Assembly (NCBI GenBank): GCA_002104905.1
Contig: MCFE01000774.1
Coordinates: forward strand, 1 to 37,193
Length of the DNA: 37,193 nt
Direction of reading: 5' to 3'
Origin: Basidiobolus meristosporus CBS 931.73
Lineage: Eukaryota; Fungi; Basidiobolomycota
Of the stretch, positions 34,387 to 37,193 are shown in pieces. The notes below the pieces were generated by a model. That model saw only the letters and a list, made by a program, of their open reading frames with translations. It had not been told where the DNA came from and made no database searches. Position numbers and translations under genes: made by a program. Within the stretch, counting starts at the first letter, position 1; every line of letters starts with the position of its first letter.

Positions 34387-35486
34387 AACGCCCTTGGCCG
34401 ACCATATATCCTCTGTGACCTGACGCGCATGTCCCTTCCGGAGACTGTGACCGCTGCGCGAGCCGTTGGTCCCCCTGCCACTTTCCCTAGACAAACCACC
34501 CCGTTCTTCCTGGGTTGTCATCGTGGTTGCGGGTTGCTCATCCCCCCCGTGGTGTAGCACAGCCATACGGGTGTGCTGACAACATCTGTTTCGCCATACC
34601 GACGTGTTGAATGCATGACTTTACTAAGGTGACCGACGACCCCGATATCTTCTCAACCTCGCCCCGCCCCTACCACTGCCATCCACTCGCTACCCCCTCC
34701 CCTCCTCCATCTTCACTTACCCCACACCGATTGCTTGTGAAAGTGGATCTAAAATCGCATCCCATCCTCCCAAATAAACTGGCCCCATCCCACCCACCAT
34801 CCACGTGAACCGAGGGGGCTGCGAGTGGCCAGAGGTGAGGGGGGGGGGAGGAAATCCGAGTTTCTCTTGGTAGGGATTTGGGTTGGGTGACCTGGGAGTA
34901 GATCAGTGAGGTTGGCTGTGCACAAGCCACCAGGATCGCCACCTTCCAATTTGGCTGGGAAAGAGACCAGGAAGGGGGTGGGGTGGGTGGATGGGAGCTG
35001 GAGGGATCAGCAAGCACTTGGTGGTGGATCAAAATGTCTTGATCACATGACAGCCCTGAACATCCATGCCTAGCTTGAACCACCTAGTGTAATTATCTGA
35101 GAAATCTCTTCCAGAGCCTTCTGCACCTTTCCTGTAGATTCCAGAACATTCCATGGGATATTCCCAGTTTCTACCATACAGGACAAGTGGTGGTCACAAG
35201 GTTGGTGACTCACCTGCAACCCCATCATCTGTATCATTGTCTTGGCAAAGCTACTGTGCCACCACCTCAGATCCCAACTAGCATTACCCAACATCACTTG
35301 GTACCCAGCTTGGAAAAAGTATACATAGTCCTATCCCCCCTAATGTACACCTCACTCTGACTGACAAACATAGCACCTGAATAAACATGGGTGCTCCGTG
35401 TCTGGTTTGAATCAAAAAATACTACTGGTAGGTTGTTGCATCAAACCCATTCTTTCCTTATGTTACTTAACACCCATGGTTGGTGG

Positions 35487-35835
35487 TGTTGTAAAAATGT
35501 GTGATTCCACCTAAATATTCACCTAACTTGGTCACTTAGATCATTCCCTTCAGATCCTAGGGAATACCAACCAAACTCCTTGTTGGGATTTACTTTGAAT
35601 ATTTTCACCAAAATACCAGCTACCCAGAACATGGAAATTCTCAAAGTTGTCCAAATAGCCCCAAACTTTGCACACATGTTCTTGGAACCTTCCTTAACCT
35701 ATTCTACATGCTTTTTATGCCAGGACCATGTAAAAGTATAAATACTACTTTTACATTCAATAAATCATTAAGTGAAAACCAAATAATCTACTTATTCTCC
35801 CAATCACTTCCAATATCTCCAAGACACTTACAACA
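35487..35835 (+). mobile_element. 5' LTR (349 bp) of Ty1/copia element A
   Basis: TGTTG...CAACA termini; internal TATAAA and AATAAA; followed directly by a PBS and gag; about 91% identical (manual alignment) to the reverse complement of 36643-36991. Confidence 0.92.
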
Positions 35836-35846
35836 AGTTATGAGCC
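35836..35846 (+). promoter_or_regulatory. Primer-binding site complementary to the anticodon arm of initiator tRNA-Met (half-tRNA priming type)
   Basis: AGTTATGAGCC immediately after the LTR's terminal CA; matches the GGTTATGAGCC-type PBS of Ty5/Drosophila copia-like elements except at the first base. Confidence 0.75.
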
Positions 35847-35866
35847 ATGAGCTGTCACTCTCTGCA

Positions 35867-36642
35867 ATGTCTACTACTGCTAATACTGGAATTTTTCCCT
35901 TTGCTGAAAAGTTGGATGGATCTAACTACCAGGTGTGGAAGGTGAAGATGAAGATGCTGCTACAAGAGAGGCCTTTGGGATATTGTCATAGGAGAAGAAT
36001 GCCCTCCTAAACACATGGGAGAGGAGGCCTTAGAGTACCAGAAGAAAGAACAAAGTGCCTTTAACTGCATTTGCCTTAATGTCAAGGACAAATTGCTAAT
36101 TCAATGCTCAAGAGCAAAAATGGCAAAGAATGCCTGGAAGACATTAGAAGACACCTACCAGTCATGTTCAGCTGCCAAGAAAATGCATCTGAGATGAAAA
36201 TTCTTTACCACAAAGATGCAGCCATGAGAAGAAATGAAAAATTTAATTAACAGAATTACCCTGCTGGTGGATGAAATGGAATCTGTGGGTGTACTAACTA
36301 TGTGATAATCACCATTGTGAATAGTCTGACAGACAGGCTTCAGGGCCTTGTATCAGTCCTAGTGTCCAGAACTGATGATTTGACATTAAATTATGTATAT
36401 GAAAGGCTCCTTGATGAACAATTAAGAAAATCAAGTGCCAATAAGAAGGAAGAAGAAAAAGCTTTAATAGGCTATGACAACCAATAAAGGAGGTACCCAA
36501 AACCCCACAAAGGCAACAGCAACCTGTTTTGCAACTACTGCAAAAGGAAGGAACACACATCAGACTGGTGTCTCAAAAAGAGAGATAATCAGCAAAAGAA
36601 GCCTGAATATGAAAAAACTGCAACAACTGAAGATAGACTATT
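35867..36642 (+). pseudogene. Degenerate copia gag (UBN2-type capsid region plus CCHC zinc knuckle), interrupted just before the protease
   Basis: KLDGSNYQVWKVKMKMLLQ, then frameshift to LWDIV..KEQSAFNCICLNVKD..AKNAWKTLEDTY; in-frame TGA stops; IVNSL..LTLNYVYERLLDE; zinc knuckle CNYCKRKEHTSDWC; ends EDRLF at the inserted LTR. Confidence 0.9.
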
Positions 36643-36991
36643 TGTTGTAAGAGTCTTGGAGATATTGGAAGTGATTTGGAGAACAAGTAGGTTATGTGGT
36701 TTTCACTTATTGATTTATTGAATGTAAAAGTAGTATCTATACTTTTACATGGTCTTGGCATTACAAGCACGTAGAACAGGTTAAGGAAGGTCCCAAGAAC
36801 ATGTGTGCAGAGTTTGGGGCTGTTTGGACAACTTTGAGAATTTTCATGTTCTGGGTACCTGGTATTTTGGTGAAAATATTCCAAGTAAATCCTGACAAGG
36901 AATTTGGTCAGTATTCTCTAGGATTTGAGGGTAATGATCTAAGTGACTAAGTTAGGTGAATATTTAGGTGGAATTACAAACTTTTACAACA
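36643..36991 (-). mobile_element. 3' LTR (349 bp) of copia element B, inverted relative to element A
   Basis: On the minus strand it reads TGTTGTAAAA...TTACAACA and is preceded by the polypurine tract CTGAGTGGGAG (37002-36992) and the pol stop codon. Confidence 0.92.
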
Positions 36992-37002
36992 CTCCCACTC
37001 AG

Positions 37003-37193
37003 CTAAATGTTCATACTGACTAGTCCTAATTTTGACCTAAGATATTCAAACTTGTCTCTAGCAAATGGTTTGGTAAATATGTCTGCAATCATTTCATCTG
37101 TAGGACAGTAAACTAAGTTAACTAAGTTATTCTCTATAGCTTCACGTATGAAATGATGTCTAATATCTATGTGCTTGGTTCTAGCATGAAAAG
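37003..37193 (-). mobile_element. C-terminus of copia Pol (RNase H) of element B; continues beyond the window
   Basis: Frame absent from the ORF track: FHARTKHIDIRHHFIREAIENNLVNLVYCPTDEMIADIFTKPFARDKFEYLRSKLGLVSMNI*, containing the copia signatures KHIDIRxHFIRE and ADIFTK. Confidence 0.95.

Noticed and set aside
35708-36884. Track ORFs 35708-36010 (+) and 36573-36884 (-) with similar translations, as if paralogous genes
   Set aside because: The similarity comes from reading through the two LTR copies; they are not independent genes.
1-37193. CRISPR arrays, prokaryotic operons or defence systems, rRNA/tRNA genes, selenocysteine recoding
   Set aside because: No repeat-spacer periodicity or RNA-gene structure seen; the DNA is intron-containing and fungal; the in-frame TGA codons I examined lie in the degenerate gag.

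Overview
Eukaryotic (fungal) genomic DNA with short 50-65 nt GT-AG introns. The gene repertoire suggests an early-diverging fungus (Zoopagomycota/Mucoromycota-like; inference only). About 13 protein-coding genes can be reconstructed by hand: a Cys-rich single-pass surface protein (partial), a Pch1/cyclin K-T-type cyclin, two secreted unknowns, a membrane-anchored GH17 glucanase, a PhoD-like phosphatase, a Gep3/NOA1 GTPase divergent from an Mgr3-like TPR protein, a Ulp1 SUMO protease, a Gcn4/CpcA-like bZIP, a four-LIM protein, a subtilisin with a GPI-like tail and a Zn2Cys6 transcription factor. The last ~2.3 kb is a CpG-depleted nest of degenerate Ty1/copia elements: one copy is inserted in opposite orientation into the gag-pol of another of the same family. 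I see no clearly novel multi-gene system. The best leads are (i) a cluster of Gcn4/AP-1 sites ~1.06 kb upstream of the bZIP gene plus a short uORF, (ii) an intronless secreted protein with a motif-dense core of unknown function, and (iii) the nested, apparently methylation-eroded copia pair.
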